Source of the DNA: Orbicella franksi
Lineage: Eukaryota
NCBI GenBank assembly: GCA_964199315.1
Contig: OZ116698.1
Location: 16,430,001 to 16,494,000, forward strand
Reading direction: 5' to 3'
Length of the DNA: 64,000 nucleotides
Part shown: piece by piece, positions 24,268-39,200 of the stretch
Layout: each line of letters opens with the position of its first letter
How positions within the stretch are numbered: position 1 is the stretch's first letter
Position numbers and translations under genes: made by a program
Notes under the pieces: model-generated
Databases searched by the model: none
The model's input: only the letters and a program-made list of their open reading frames with translations
Told to the model about the DNA's origin: nothing

Positions 24268-27200
24268 CTATATATGGAATAAAACAGTTATGGAAATAAG
24301 CTCTAAAGAAAGCTTTTAATGTGTCAACTTTCCAACAAGTAGCCTTAAAATTGCAAGAAACTGCATAGCTTTTCAAATGTCACACGTCACAGAGATTTAT
24401 CTTCCATTACGAAGTTTTTCCACAGTGCGAGATGAGAGCAAAAGGAAAAACGAGAGTCGAGCCGCGAAACTGTGAAGAATATCAAGATGAGATGAAGGGT
24501 AACAGAGTTAATACTCCACCCTGTATTGGCTTTATTCTCTAGGTAATCCCCTCACGTTTTGAGATGTGGTATCAACCGTATCCAGTCCTCCCGCGGATAA
24601 GCTTACCACGCGTGTTGCGTGGATGATTTCGCGGAGGACGAAAATCCGTGTAAACCCTTTTGAGCTATCCACGTATAGCCAATCGTGCTATCACAGGACT
24701 GGCTACTTCTCAATCCTCCTCAAATTTCTGACGCTGGAAGCGAACTAAAAATAACTTGAGAGGGATTTCCCTGGAAAAAAATTTTAAACTTAAACCTCGG
24801 ACGTTCGTGCTAATTGTTTCTGCACATCCTTACTGCGCGCGCAGATTCACACGCCACGTCATGCATGAGAGCGCGCGCTAAGTAATAAAATGAACAACGA
24901 TACGGCAGATGGCCATTGCTATAGCTTTGCCTGGATTTAATGATCTTGGACGTTCGGTGACCCCTACTTTTCTTTCCAGAAACAGACTTTATTAACAATT
25001 ATTTCCACATTGTTCAAAAATGAACAAAAACTCAACGTGGAAAGTCAAAGAAAAATATCAAGATACCTGTCTCCGGGACATCGAATCCTGCCATCTTGCG
25101 GCTGCAAGGCGCGTGAAACTGTGGTCGCGAAATGCGAACTTATTCTTTAAGGAACCTCACCAGTTGACTAAATTCACTTAATAGGTCCACTTAAACAATA
25201 TTTGGCAGAGAACATTTCACTTCAAAGATCTAATTGCAATATTTTTAGGCTTACAGACAGTGTGGCCTTATTCGCTAACGAAGCCGATTTTTTCAGATTT
25301 AGTGTGTTCTTCCGGGCATCTTTTCTTCAAAACGAAGTCGGTGACCCCCCATTTTTTTCAACATTTCTGACAATAACCAACTCATCATCTTACAGAGGTA
25401 AAAGTCTCAGAAAAAAAAATCAATATTGGAAAATTTTCGCGCAAACGTCCTTAAGATAAGCCTATCCCCGTTCTCTCATGCTTGTACCTTTGATTTGCAT
25501 AATTGATAAAAATTTGTTCGCGCCCATAATCTGACGCAAAGAGAGCAACTGCTAAAAGTCGAAGACGTAAAACTTTTATGTAAAGTAGAGAATAAATTTA
25601 ATCTGTTTCCAAGCTAGAGCAAACATTGTTGCTTTACGTGAAAGTTATGGGTTTATTTTCCTAACGGAACTTTCGTTTTCCTCGAATAAAATTATAATTT
25701 AAATAGAATTTCCAAGCACTATCGCTTTCTTCTTTCACGTCGTGGGAGGTGAGACGTTTTGTTGTTAATTCAGGCGAATATTACAACATTGTGACCAATA
25801 CGATCGATAAACAAGCACAAACATTCTTAATTACGTTTTGCAGTCAAGTTTGTTCCCACGATCACAACCGAAATTCTTCTCACTGATTTTAACACTTTAG
25901 CCTTCAATAAAGGCGTCTCTCACGAGGTGATCCGAAAGTTCATTCTCATAACCTTCTTGCCTGAATTCGTAAGAATAATGTAAGGAGAAAATAGGATTTA
26001 ATTTGCACTACTTCATGCGCAATAGTCTATTACTCTGCCGTCCCGAACGTGACATACAACGTAAACAAAATGCGATAATCAGTTACAGGCGTTATTGGAA
26101 ACTCAGTTTATTTACTTTTAGCTCCGAAAAGAACCGCCGACGTACTTGAGAATGGAATAAAAATGAAAAACTTCCGAAGCAAATGGCACTTAGCACACAA
26201 GGGACAATGAAAAAAGTAGGAGAGAAAATCCTTTAATGGCGAAAAAAATAAAAAGTGTTAGTGGTCATTGTGCAAAATACTTCCTTCCCACGTTTGAGCA
26301 AAGTGAAAATACTTCGGCGACAAGACAAGTGATTTTTTTTAACGTTTTTCTGGGTACTTATCGGACAGAAGCAGGTATTTCTCCCAACAGAAAAAATAAA
26401 GGAAGGGAAAAAACCTACTTTTAAATTTTACTTCTTCTCGGAAAAATCCGTGACCGGTTATGAAGCTACTTTAAATAAGCTACTTTAAATAAGAAACAGT
26501 AATACTTTTCTACCCTTTCCGCTTAATAAAAAACTCCGCCAAAAAAAGAAAAGAAAAAAAGGAATTGCAAATGACCCTTCGTATCTGCGCTCTTGAGTGT
26601 AACTTTTTCAAACCAAACAAAAGCACTTCCAAATTGGAAAAGAACTTTCCTCAAGGTCAGTTGAAGAGCCATGTTCGAAAGACTGACCTTGTAGATATAT
26701 TACTTGCCACTGTGTCAACTGTATCACGTTACTATAATTTTTAACATTATTGCTTAAAACACCGGAAAAGCGTGTTTGACTGCTTCGGCTAATATCTATT
26801 GAAAATTGGAACAGGACTGAGTTTCCTGTCACAAGCAAATTAATAACTATTTGAAAAGGGAAAATCGAAAAAAAAAATACACTTCGAGAAGCCAAAGATC
26901 GCAAGTCTTTAACGCAAGGAACGGTATGTAAGTATATATGCATGTATGTGACGCAAAAAAACTGCCTTTTTTGGATAATTCATTTAGGCGATAACTTCAA
27001 ATAATTCCTAACTTATTCTGTGGTGATTTCCTATCCCTCTCAGCTTGCAAAACACGATGAGATTAAAAATCAAAGTCGCATTAAAAAATCTTTCAGTATT
27101 TTCCCGCAATAGAGCAAAAGCCAATCCACAATTTATGGCATTTTCCGCAAGCAAGGCAGCGGAGGCTCCTTAATAGCGCTTTTCACAAAGTCGGATCGTT

Positions 27201-30200
27201 ACATCTGAGAGATAATTAATCATTAATGTCACAGTTCCTGAGAATCTCCTTTATCTAAGAGTTTCGTCCGATCGGTGTATTATTTTAAGGCTAGGTTGGT
27301 CTTCCATTGTTCGGGGAAATTAGAAAGGGATTACCGAGTGTGCATTTGTCAGCAAAAGAAAAATGTGTTTCGCATCGGTTTTGGTTTCGTTCGCGACACA
27401 AATCAATGACAAACAAGATGAGTTTCGCAGACTCATCTCGTGACAGAAATAGCCTGGAATACGCACGTCAGTATTCCTCAGGTAACAATTTAATCACTCA
27501 TGGCTTCTTCCGACGACATAGATAAATCAATCAGTCGTTCTCCGATAGAAACAAAATAACAAGAACACGGTAAGCAAGCCCTACCCATGACACCTTTCGG
27601 CATTGTCGTGACCGCTTTTACGTTTCTGCAGGGCAACCCTTCTCGAAACGGCTGTTTATATTTTCGTGATTGTGTGGTGCTGAGCCCTCTAATGGATCAG
27701 ACCGAGTTTAACTAATCTTGACTACCTGACTCCGCTTCGCGTTATGATTGGTCGATGGCATCGTTTTCATTTGTTATCAGCGGCCATATGAGCACAGATC
27801 TACGCCACATCTTTTACGTGATTTCTACACGTGGTTCATTTTCAATGGCTCCGAATTAGGAATATTCAGCAGCTTTCTATTGACGCTTGATCGACCGGTC
27901 GAATTTGTTCACTTTTTAGCCTCTGTTCTAACAGTTTCATTCCAGACTGGCTTGCCTCCTACACAGACATGGGCTTCCTGGTACTCTGACTACAGTGTTT
28001 TACTTAAAAGAGCGGGAACTACAAACTTGGCAAACAGGGGCATGCAAAATATGATTCTCACTCTTTTTAAACGACTTCACTTTTGTTAATACCCTAAATA
28101 CTTAAAGATTTGTTTAGTCTGCGATCCAGCACTTATTCCTTAAGCCACACTGATAGTTTAACTCTACCTAAAATATATACAACTACTTATGGCCTTAATT
28201 CCTCTAGTTACCAGGCCGTCAAATCCTGGAACACACTTCCAAATCAATATCGCACTGTTAAAAAATCACTTTATTTGAGTGTCGAAGTGTTTATCACTAC
28301 TGTACTAACTGGGGACACTGAAACAAGCAAACAAATATTGTAAATTGGTCAGAAACTTGTTAAAAATCCCAACAGGGATTTCGTTACAGATTTTAACACC
28401 TTCCGCAAATTAATTTTGCATTGCATTGTGATTGGCCGTGAGCAGGCCAATTTATCGTTAATCCTTAATTAACGCGCGCGCGTTCGCAATTTTCTCAATC
28501 AAAATAAATGAGTAATCGTGCGAAAGCTCAAGCAATTAAGGATTTACACTAGTCGTGATATTTGAAAATTCTCTCAGATTGCACTCTCCTAAAGGCTCGT
28601 GCAATTTGGAGAGAATTTTCAAATATCACTCGCTGTGCTAATCCTTAATCGCACTCGTATTCACACGATTACCTATTAGGCAAAAAATACTCGGGGGAGC
28701 GGGTTTCAAGGACAATGTAAACAAACACTGAAGTAAGTTGCTAATAAAGATATGTAACATTAGGTAGCTCGAAGAAACTAGCAGCAATGCTACTCTGTAA
28801 ATTCGAGGGTAATTAAAGTTTATGATGATGATAATGATGATGCGTGACGAACCAAAGAATTTCCGTTGGTCAACTACTCATTTCTCCGTACGCAACCAGT
28901 ATATTTTCCCACAGAAAGGTGTTGAGAATAAAGGAAATCATCAGCAAGAAGGTGCTGCCTTAATGCGCTACCAAAATCAAATAGCAGTCAGTAAAGAGTA
29001 ATCAATCAGTAACATACCGTTCTCTCTTCTCTTGTGATTAACTTGTCGTCTTGTCCGGTTCTAACACTCGCTAAATGCTTTTCTTGCTTCTCATTCAGTG
29101 TTGTTATGGTCGGGAAGATTTTCAATTCGTCATATGAAGACTGGTCGAAAATACAAAATAAATTAATTACTGAACAGTTTGGATAGTGGTGGAAAGGCGA
29201 GGGGTTCCCCTCACGTTCGTTTTCCACTCGCTGTTCTTCAAGCTGTTCTCCTATAGACCAAACGCATGGAGCAGAGCAGTGAATCAACGAATTTCGTACC
29301 CAGATCTTACTACGTTTGGCCGTAGAAGACCTAAGTTCAAGATAATGAGTCAGCAAGTTTTAATTCCTTAAAAGAAACTAAAGTCAATCCTTCATGCAAT
29401 TCTCCTCGCGCATATTGGTCTTCAAACGTTCATCAGATCGTTACTACAGCTTTATAAGCTGCCTATTTTATAACTAACCTGCGTTGTCTATGTCAATGCA
29501 ACGCTTCGTATGTTTACAACAGTTGCAAAAGGAGGTAACAATCATTCTAGTACGCTGTATTCAGGCTACTCTCGTGAGTTCTAACTACAGCTGTTCACTG
29601 AACAAACTGTTTTCAACAACGCCTACCCACATGTTCCCAGGCACCCTTGCGCGCTAATATACTGCCTAGTTCCCAAAAACGTCTTGGTAGAAAAGATTTT
29701 ATAATTTATGATCAATAACAGCTTAGATAAGAGCTTTTACCTTAAAAAGCTGATCTTTGTCGTAAGTGACCCTGGCGGCTCTTTTCATGTGCTGCATGAT
29801 TTCCAGGGGACAAGACAACTGCCGCAGAGCGTGTTGCTGGACCTTCAGCAAACCCACTGCGATTCGAAATAATGCCTGAAGATAAAATAAATAGTAAGGG
29901 TCAGGTAGGTGATAGGGGTCATTCGTGACAATACTATGTACGCTATTTTGTGTTGGATACAATACTTTATTTTCAATAATTATTGATGGATGTTAATTCA
30001 GAAGCAAATTTCATCTGCTTTTGAGTGCTGGTAATCGAAAGCATGTGAGATTTATTGTTGCCACAACAGATGGATCATGAATGAACGAATATCACAATTG
30101 CTAAATTGTCCTAGTACGAGAGGAAGATCTCCCAGGGAAGAAAAATTAAAGCTCTTCTCTTTTCTTACTATACTAAATACTTACTTCTCTCAAACTTCAA

Positions 30201-33200
30201 TTCCTGTTACCATGACTCTCGAAAAAGTCAGTAATTTATCACGTTTATTGCCTGCTAATGTCGTTAAGCTAAAAACAAAGCAAAGCTTTACTATCTCAAC
30301 CGGACTAACCTCTCTACCTTCAAAGACAAAGCAATCCCAAATTCGAACAGCAGTCTGCAGGATTGATAACAAGAATCGATTAAAAAATAAACCTGTCTAT
30401 AGATAAGAGAACGAGGCAAGGAAACGAGAAAGCCGGAGTACAAGTTCCAGGAGTTTTACTTTATTGCGGTTTGAGAACGCTGTTTATCCGTATTTTTCGG
30501 TGTAAATAACAACTTTCTCCCAAGTATTTTGTAACATATAAAATATGAAAAGGAGTGGAATTAGTTGCTAATATTTAGTGATCCGTTCAGCAAACGAGTT
30601 ACCGGTTCTTTTACCGCAGTTCTTTTACCTCCCTCGAGTTGAAAACTAGCAAACCGAAATAAAATGCTTTAATGGCCACTTTCATGTGGCATACTTTGGC
30701 CGTTTGATTCTTGTTTTCAACAATATCTCCATAGTTCGACGTGTACTCTTACTAGTCCAGTTATCTTCCCCTAAACCCAGCACATAAGTCTTCAAGCATC
30801 CAATATAAAAAGATTCATTTCTTGACTAACTGGATTACTCAAGCTAGTGTCTATATCAAGATTACATTCTTTATTCTCCGCATGCAATCCACACTTTTTC
30901 CAACAAATATTAAGAGACCCACCCACTCACGAAATTTTTATTTCTTACCTCAAAGGGTACCGCGTCAATGAAGATGGTTATGAACCAGTTGAATGTTACA
31001 GTGGAGATGTCCACTCCATAGTACTTGAGGTGCGCTTGTAAGCCTGGTAACGATTCACTCAGAAGCTCATTCAAAACCGACTGAAAACAACGAAGAACTG
31101 CTTAGGTTAGTTTCTGTCACGTCTAGATAGGTGTTAATGTTTTCCAAAACAAATACTCGGGGCAGGGGAGTTCAAGGACAATGTAAACAAACACTGAAGT
31201 AAGTTGCTAATACAGACAGCACGATTAAGAATCTTAACTAGCGGGACGTTAACCAATTGGTCGATTGACATGCGCAGTTCAGGAGTTAACCTCGGCACTA
31301 CCGAGAGCAAGAAGAGCTACCGGTCAGGGCAGATCTGCCGAATCAGGTTTTGAACAGAAGAGAGGCTAGAGTTGACTTTGTTAATGATACAAAGTTTGCT
31401 ACTTTTAATTTCAATGTAAATTATCTTGTTATAATGCTTACTAGTTTCCAATCTCTATCATCACAAGGTCAAGCCAAAACATCGCTTTTATACAGGGGCT
31501 TGGTTACACTTCAGGACCAAAGTCATGCTTGTGTCACGTCTTATAAAGGGACTGAGTATTTATCACTTTGTATAAAAGAGGCTAGGTCACACAACAATCA
31601 AAAAGCCATAAAAAGGCGCAGGTCACAGTTCATACATTCTCACCATTAACAAGTTTTGCTCGATTTTTTTGACTTGACAGAATAACGAACAATATCGTAG
31701 CTTGTATTTAAAGAAAGTTTCTTTTTTAAGTGTCAAAAAAATATAAGGGCTTTCCCACCTGATCTGCTAAGGCCCCGCTCAAAGACTTGTCAAAGTAGTT
31801 TTTTAAGTAAACTTCAGTAACAGCAACGAAAGACCTGTAAACAAGAAAAAGAAAATGTAAATTTTTTTTAAAAGTTATTTTGCTACAAGAAAATAATACT
31901 AATGTGGTTACCAAAAGGCGTCTTCTTCGTCCATAAAAAGGAGACACATGGCCACAATAAAATTCATTCCCTGAAAAAGAAATGAAAAATAATAGCAAAG
32001 CAATATTCTTGCATAGTTTTTGAGTACGCCAGGAAACAAATGGGAACAACAATACTTGAAAACCACTCGACAAGAGATAATCCAAAATCTCACGTTATTC
32101 GGATATTTCTAACATCGTATTCAAACATAGATTCGCAATGAAAATCTACAGTCATAAACATGTTATCTTGTCTTGTTCAGCTTAAAAAACCTAATCACAC
32201 GCGAGAAATCTACTTTTTGTTTCACCGATTAAACCTAATCATAGATCAGAAGAAGTTCAAACAATTTTCCTTAAACCATAACAAAGTGTATCTGAAATGA
32301 AAACAAAGCTCATCGACAAACAAAGATGATCACCTGGTCTATCGTCGTCGATAAAAACATGAATATTTCAATATATTTCGTCCACAACTGAGTGGGATCC
32401 CCTTAAACTTTAACATCTCTCAAATTATTTTTCCCTTGGCCAGTTAAATCGAATTCTGAATTATAGGAAGAACCTTCACCTATTATTCACTACAGAGAAA
32501 GTTTGCCGAAAGTTTTGTAGTCCACGCATTAGTGAAAAAGTTAGCCCGGGTCAACAGTGGTCCCACCGTAAACATAATAAATATTTTATGGTAAGAGGAC
32601 TGTCTTCACGGTCAGGAATCATAAACGTCCAGATTGTCGATACCCGATATCAATGTCAAACGTCAGGTTTATAGGTGAGTAGATAAATACCGATATCAAT
32701 ACCTGTAGATAATTTATATCTGGACGATGAACACAAAACGCGTGGAGAATCCTGGACAATTTCTTTACCTATTATAGCAAAAAAAATTAAAATAATAATG
32801 ATAATAGCTGAAAGCCATCATTGAAATTATAATCATGTCTGCGAATAAAACATTATCAGTACATTACTATTACACAGATGCTGAGACATCTGGCAATTCG
32901 CGTTTTGTGACCTCGCTTCTAAATAATCTATTGCTTCGTTGGACGTTTTCCCGTGTGGAGCACTTGCCTCGTCTTAACTTCCCTTGTCTTTCTCTAGATT
33001 AAGTCTTGAGGTAAGTTCGCTTTTCTATCACTGATTTTAAAACCAGCCGGTTATTTATATCTTAAGCTTTTTGGGAGGCTAAACGAGAACGAGATACTTG
33101 ACAAAACAATTTTCTGTTGCTTTGCTGGAAAGTCAACTCCGCTCTCAACGAATTTTAAACCGCTCAAATTTTCGTTTTTCTTTTTTTTTTTATTCTTTAA

Positions 33201-36200
33201 ACATATTTTAATGCATGTTTGCCCCAAGAGCTCAGAGAACTCGTTTTGATTTCAAATTTTCCTTGACAGATGTCGAGAAGTTTCCCTCGTTTGGTCTACA
33301 CTAATCGAGGGAGATGAAAACCTGTCCACTTGGAAAAACTCTTGTACAACTCTCATCCTTAAAACAGGATTTTTGCTCGACTATGCAAACCTCTATGTCA
33401 AAGTATAACTTTTCAAGTTGAACGAGTCTCGAATATACACCCTTGGCACTAATAAATTCCCAGAAAAGGGCATAAACGACACCATTACCAAGCATACGGC
33501 GTAAAAAATAAATTCGTTTTACTTTCCACATTTGGAGTAAGTGAATCGCTATTGTAATTAAATGACAACACAACATCAACTCACAACTAATCAGGGAGGC
33601 TCACCGCCAGGGGGAAATCAATCGATTGTGATTAGTTTTCATTTTTCCGCATTTGTAGATATTACTTTTGGACCGTCAATTGTTTTCAAACATTTCGCCC
33701 GTAGTCCTTCTTAATCTTCCTTAGTTGTGAATATCCTTGTGGATTTTCTCTCAATAATTACTTCTTTATTGTTTTCTATTCTCTGCCTTTTCATTTAAAA
33801 TTTAAAAGTAAATTTGTACAACAGAAAAAAATTTAAATATCGTGAAATACTTCTTAACAATTGATAATGTGCGCATGTATCTAAACAGCCTTTGAAGGCG
33901 TTCTTCACAGTCGCAAAGCAGTGTTATGAGCAAAAACTTAAAAACGCGGTCAGAAATCACCTGAGCCTCTGATTGATTCACTCACAGTCAAGTACCTCGG
34001 ATATTTCCGATCTCAAATAAATTTACAATATTTAGAGAGGAAGCCACATCAGCCCTAGCTGGTCTCCATGGAGAAAAAACCTCGGAGCAAGGCGAGAACC
34101 AACAGTAAACTCATGGCACCGGGCCGGAATCAAACCCAGACCACATTGGTGGGAGGCGAGTGCTACCACCACTGCGTCATCCCTGCTCCCCATTTGAGTA
34201 AATGATCCCGGATCTAAGTAAATTATGAATGACAAAAGGAACGATCCTAACTTGAAAGAAAATCTTACCCCATCACGGTCGGCAGATCGAAATCGTTCAT
34301 TGTTGGGCATGGTCCGTAGCAGATCGCACTTGATCTGGTTCTCGGTAACAGTGAGGTGAGTGGCGGAGATACTCTGAAAATAGTGAGCATTATCAACATA
34401 AAGAAGCAGATTTATCACCACTCTCCTATTCTGTCCACAGACCCTCTATTTTGTTTTGAATTCGTCGAGAAGAAGGCGGAAGAGAGAATCGTGTCTTCCT
34501 AATTTTTCACACCAGACATTTTTTTTTCGTATTTTGTCAATTTTTATTGATTTGAAAAGTAACATACAATTTTTTGTAAACACAAAAGAGACATGCGTTT
34601 CATTCTCGTAACCAGTCGCTCCCGCTAAACCGCGTAAGAATTTAGAAACAAACAAAGGGCCTGTTAACGAGATAGACAAGGAAGCTCAAATGCAAATATC
34701 TCAGTGTCAGGAACAAGAATGCTTTTTTTTTCAAATAAACGGGGGCAAGGAACTACAAGAGCCATAAAAACCAGCACAGGAACAAATGCGGAAATTCTAT
34801 GATTTCTGACTGGAGAAGAAAGTCTCAAATAATGCGAAGATTTTCCAGTTAAAAGAAAAACTTCATCGGTAACACCTATTCTGTAAAGATCTGGCCGGGT
34901 GGAACAGCCCCTTTTACTACCTTGTTACGAGAATGAGAGAGTAACAAGGCCAAATTAATTGAGTTATTTTTTTTACAAAAAAATACCTCTTAGTCGGCGC
35001 GTCGAGTATNNNNNNNNNNNNNNNNNNNNNNNNNNNNNNNNNNNNNNNNNNNNNNNNNNNNNNNNNNNNNNNNNNNNNNNNNNNNNNNNNNNNNNNNNNN
35101 NNNNNNNNNNNNNNNNNNNNNNNNNNNNNNNNNNNNNNNNNNNNNNNNNNNNNNNNNNNNNNNNNNNNNATGTCACACCAATCAGATTGGATCTACTATA
35201 AACAGCCAATCAAATTTCTTGCTGTAAAGGTAAATGGTATGTGAGAAGATCTGATCCCGATAAAGTTCAGAACGGCCGTATTCATTCTTCTATAAAAGAG
35301 GAGGAAGTATTCATATATTGGGTTTACTTCGACATTTTCTGTGGGTTAGGCTGAGGATTTTAGTTAAATGAACGAGATGAGCCTTGAGGTTTGAAACAGT
35401 TCGTGAGTCCGTAGTATGCAAATGCAACGAGATATTTTTATTTTTAGTTAAAGGTAATTTGATACTTTTGTTTTTCACAAGGAGTAAATTCAATTAGAGG
35501 TCACGAATCGTCGCTCCTAGTTCTTAGGACATGTTTTAGAGGGGACGAGACTTCAGATTTGAAACAGTTCTAACGTTTACATTAGTAAGTGCGGGTAACG
35601 ATTGTTTTGTTCTTGTTGCATGCAAATATAACGAGATATTTTTGTTTTTTAGTTACAAAGTGTGATGTGACACTCTTGTTTTTCACAAGGGAGTAAATTC
35701 AACTAGAGCGGACGAATCGTCACCACTCTTTCCCACGAGATGTTTGCTATCTTTAGTAACAAATGGTAACTTAACACTTTTGTTTTTTATATGGGAGTAA
35801 ATTCAATTAGAGCTGACAAGTTATCGGCTATTGTTTCCAGGATATTAAACAAAAAAGCTTTCATTTCTGGACGGTTTTTACGTCTCTGCAGTAGCAGTTT
35901 AATAGTTTTATTTGATGACATTCATTTCAGTCCGATATTTTTTAAGGTAAAAAGTATGACAACTGTTCAAATGTTCTTTGAAGACTGCGCGGCACCAAGT
36001 TAAAGTGCAATTTAATTAAATCAGACTTTCAACGTGTCAGAGGTTTTTTTCTCTTTCTTTCTATTTTCGGTGAAGTTGTGTTGTGTTGTGTTGTGTGAAA
36101 AGGTAAACTTACGTCTCGTATAAAATGCGAAAAAGTCCCTAAATTAACTTGAGTATTTTTGAGCAAAAATTCCTCTTGGGGGTTGGAAGGGTTATGTGAT

Positions 36201-39200
36201 CGGTGAGTGAGGGAGTTATGCATGTGCGCGTGTCACACCGGGTTGTATCAAAGAACGAATCAAATTGCCTGTTAGAAAATAAGATGGTATCTACATTAAT
36301 CTGGAGACATGCCAGATTACTGTAGTTTGTTCAGTCAAACATTTTATGGCTTACTATTTAGCTATCTTACCATGACCGATGTAACATCGCAACCAAAGAA
36401 AAAATGTCAAATTAACCAAATCATTACTGTACCATGAATGCTCCTATCTCCGACACTTCACACAAAAAAATAACTCTTGCACGCCTTGCGTGCCTATGTT
36501 TTGAATTTAGCTGTTGTTTTGAAGGAAGAGAAAGATTTCCTTACAACACAGTACCTTGCGTCTCTCCACCCGGAGAAGTAGCTTTTGATAATAATCTCTA
36601 CCCTGAAAATAGAAAAATACAGATCCATTTTAGCGATGTATGAAATAGACTGTACACTGCAATCGAGATTTACAAGAAATGCCGACAATTGAATTGAAGA
36701 AAGTGATGTCTTACCTTCTCTTTTTTTATGTGCTCCACCTTTTGTGTCATGGCACTATGAAGAGAACCTCAAAGTCCGTTAGACTGAAGGGGGGTGGGGG
36801 GGGGGGGCAGGGGCGGAAAGGAAGGGATGGAAGAGAAGGGGACTCTAAGAAAAGTACTATGACAGCAAAACTGTTCAACGAACAGATGTAACAGAGTGAT
36901 AAATGACTTTCAAACTGAATGAGACCTAAATGACAGGCACGTTGCTGAAGTGCGATAGGAGGAAAATTCACCATAAAGAAAACAATTGATCTACCTTCTC
37001 CATACTTCGCTTCTGCATGTTTTCGGTATGCCCTCTCTCAAAAGTGCCTTCATCTCTTGCTGCAAAGAAACAATACTGAGTCACAAGGTACGTCTGAGCC
37101 ACGTTTGGCGATGTTCGGGGCCGGGTCAACTGACTTTTTTGGGCTTTACTAACCTCTTTGAAAAACACATTTTTCGTCTCTTGCTGCTTAGATTCAATGT
37201 ACTGCGACCACAGACGAGCGTGACCATTTCTGTTCTGTAGAGGCAAAATAATTCAGTAATGCTAAGCGTAAAAAAACGAGGACTTTTTCACTTTTAATAG
37301 TTACCAAGCTACTTTCCTTAATTAAACAATAAAAGTCACTTCTGAAAGGAGAATAACTGTGGTACAGTTGTGTCAATGTTTTCATTCTCATAAGTATCTC
37401 GATTTATATTCAACCATGCAAATGTGCAGAAGCACTTATTTTGGCTTCCTAACTTATTTCTCCTGTCGTCATAATTCATGAGATCAATATGTGCCACTAG
37501 GAAACACAAACGAAACATAAGAATAGAATCCTTAAACCACATAACTATGTAAAAGGTTTTGTCTAGTAATCTTACCCGGTAAAAACTCGAGTAATATTGT
37601 TTTAGCTCGCGGCATACAAAGTGAAATAGCTCGCTTTCACTTTCTCTTGCTCCTCGGATAAAACCATAACTGTCCTTGAAACTACATGACACTGAGCTAC
37701 AAAAACAAAGGAATGTTTAACTACATGATCGATAAAATAGTTGGAAAAGGCAAAAAAAAAAAAAAGGCAGAACGGATCAGCAACATGGTATTTAACTACT
37801 TTACATGATACAGATTCACAAAGAGCAATTGGCCCAGCGGCAGGCAGCTCAAAACGAGAACAAAAAACTCTCCTATTTCCCTGTTTTAAAGGAAACTACT
37901 GGCATCGAATACAGGACAGGTAAGGCTGCCAGAGAACAGGTCAACCTACATGATCAAAATAACCAAAATAAAAAAGCATCCAGCTATATAGTGTACGAAT
38001 GAATGAAACATAAAATTAGCTGCACAATTACACTATTGCATAATACGCACCAGAAAATGTTTGAGGTAGAAAAGTTGGGCATGTTGGGAACTTGTAAAAT
38101 TTGGGTATGTTGCGAATGTTGGGTGAAGTGAAATAAGTAGAAGATATGAACTTTTTGACCGCGCAATATCGCTCCGTTTCCTTACGCACATACTGGCAGC
38201 TAAACAATATCACTTACAACAGCTGTTATCTTAAACTAAAGAGAAGTTTTAAGAGTTTTTGACGGATTCTAAAAGGTACCAGAACATTAAGTCTCGATAA
38301 GGCTTTTCAAAGACAAGGAGTCATCCATAATGAACATTTGTGGTTATAGTAAAGCGCAATCTTTTTAAAACGTGACTGTAGAAGCAACTTACGCTTGCGT
38401 GTGAACGTTGTTCAATGCCAGCCACTGATAAATTATTCAAATGGGATTTTTGCCAAAACAGAAAAGAGCACGGTTTCATCTCGTAATGATAGGGCCTTAA
38501 CAGAAGTTAGTTAATTGTTAAGGACATTTGCGCAGTAATCAATCATTGAAAAAAAAAAGACTAGTCTAACTGCATGATCTTTGCTAACACAAAGAAGTAT
38601 GAGTTAACAAGAACTTTGAAATTTAAGCTGAGACGGGAAGTTGGCTTTAATATGCTAATGTCGGTTTACAAATTGAGCAACATCATCAAATTAGCAGGTG
38701 ATTTTAGTGAAGACTAATAACTTTCCCTAACACTTCGTGTTTGGTATTAGCACTTGCCGTTGTTATTTATCTCAATTACGTTGTCAATATAACATAAAAC
38801 GCCGCCAACAAGCCTTGGGCTTCGGAGGCGAAGGGAAGCTTACTATCGTAAAAGACTGTGCGTTTCAAAAAATGTACAGGACAGGATGTATATCACTACT
38901 CGCTAACAAATTCGCTGACAAATTCCAATAAAAAAAAAATCATGATATAAACAGAACTAAGCGGAATCTCCTGACTTCCTTCTATAATCATACGAGTAAT
39001 TAACGAAAGTAGACGACCGTGTTGGCAGCGGGCCAGCACGACGGATTATCACAACCCACATACATTGCAAAAAAGTCGTTATTGTACGCGCGGCGGTCTT
39101 CGAACAAAACTTCTTGGAGCGAGCGTCAAAATGGTTAGTGACTTAAACGACATGGTATTAAAATACAACCTTCGAGAGGGGGGGGGGGGGGGGGAAATGA

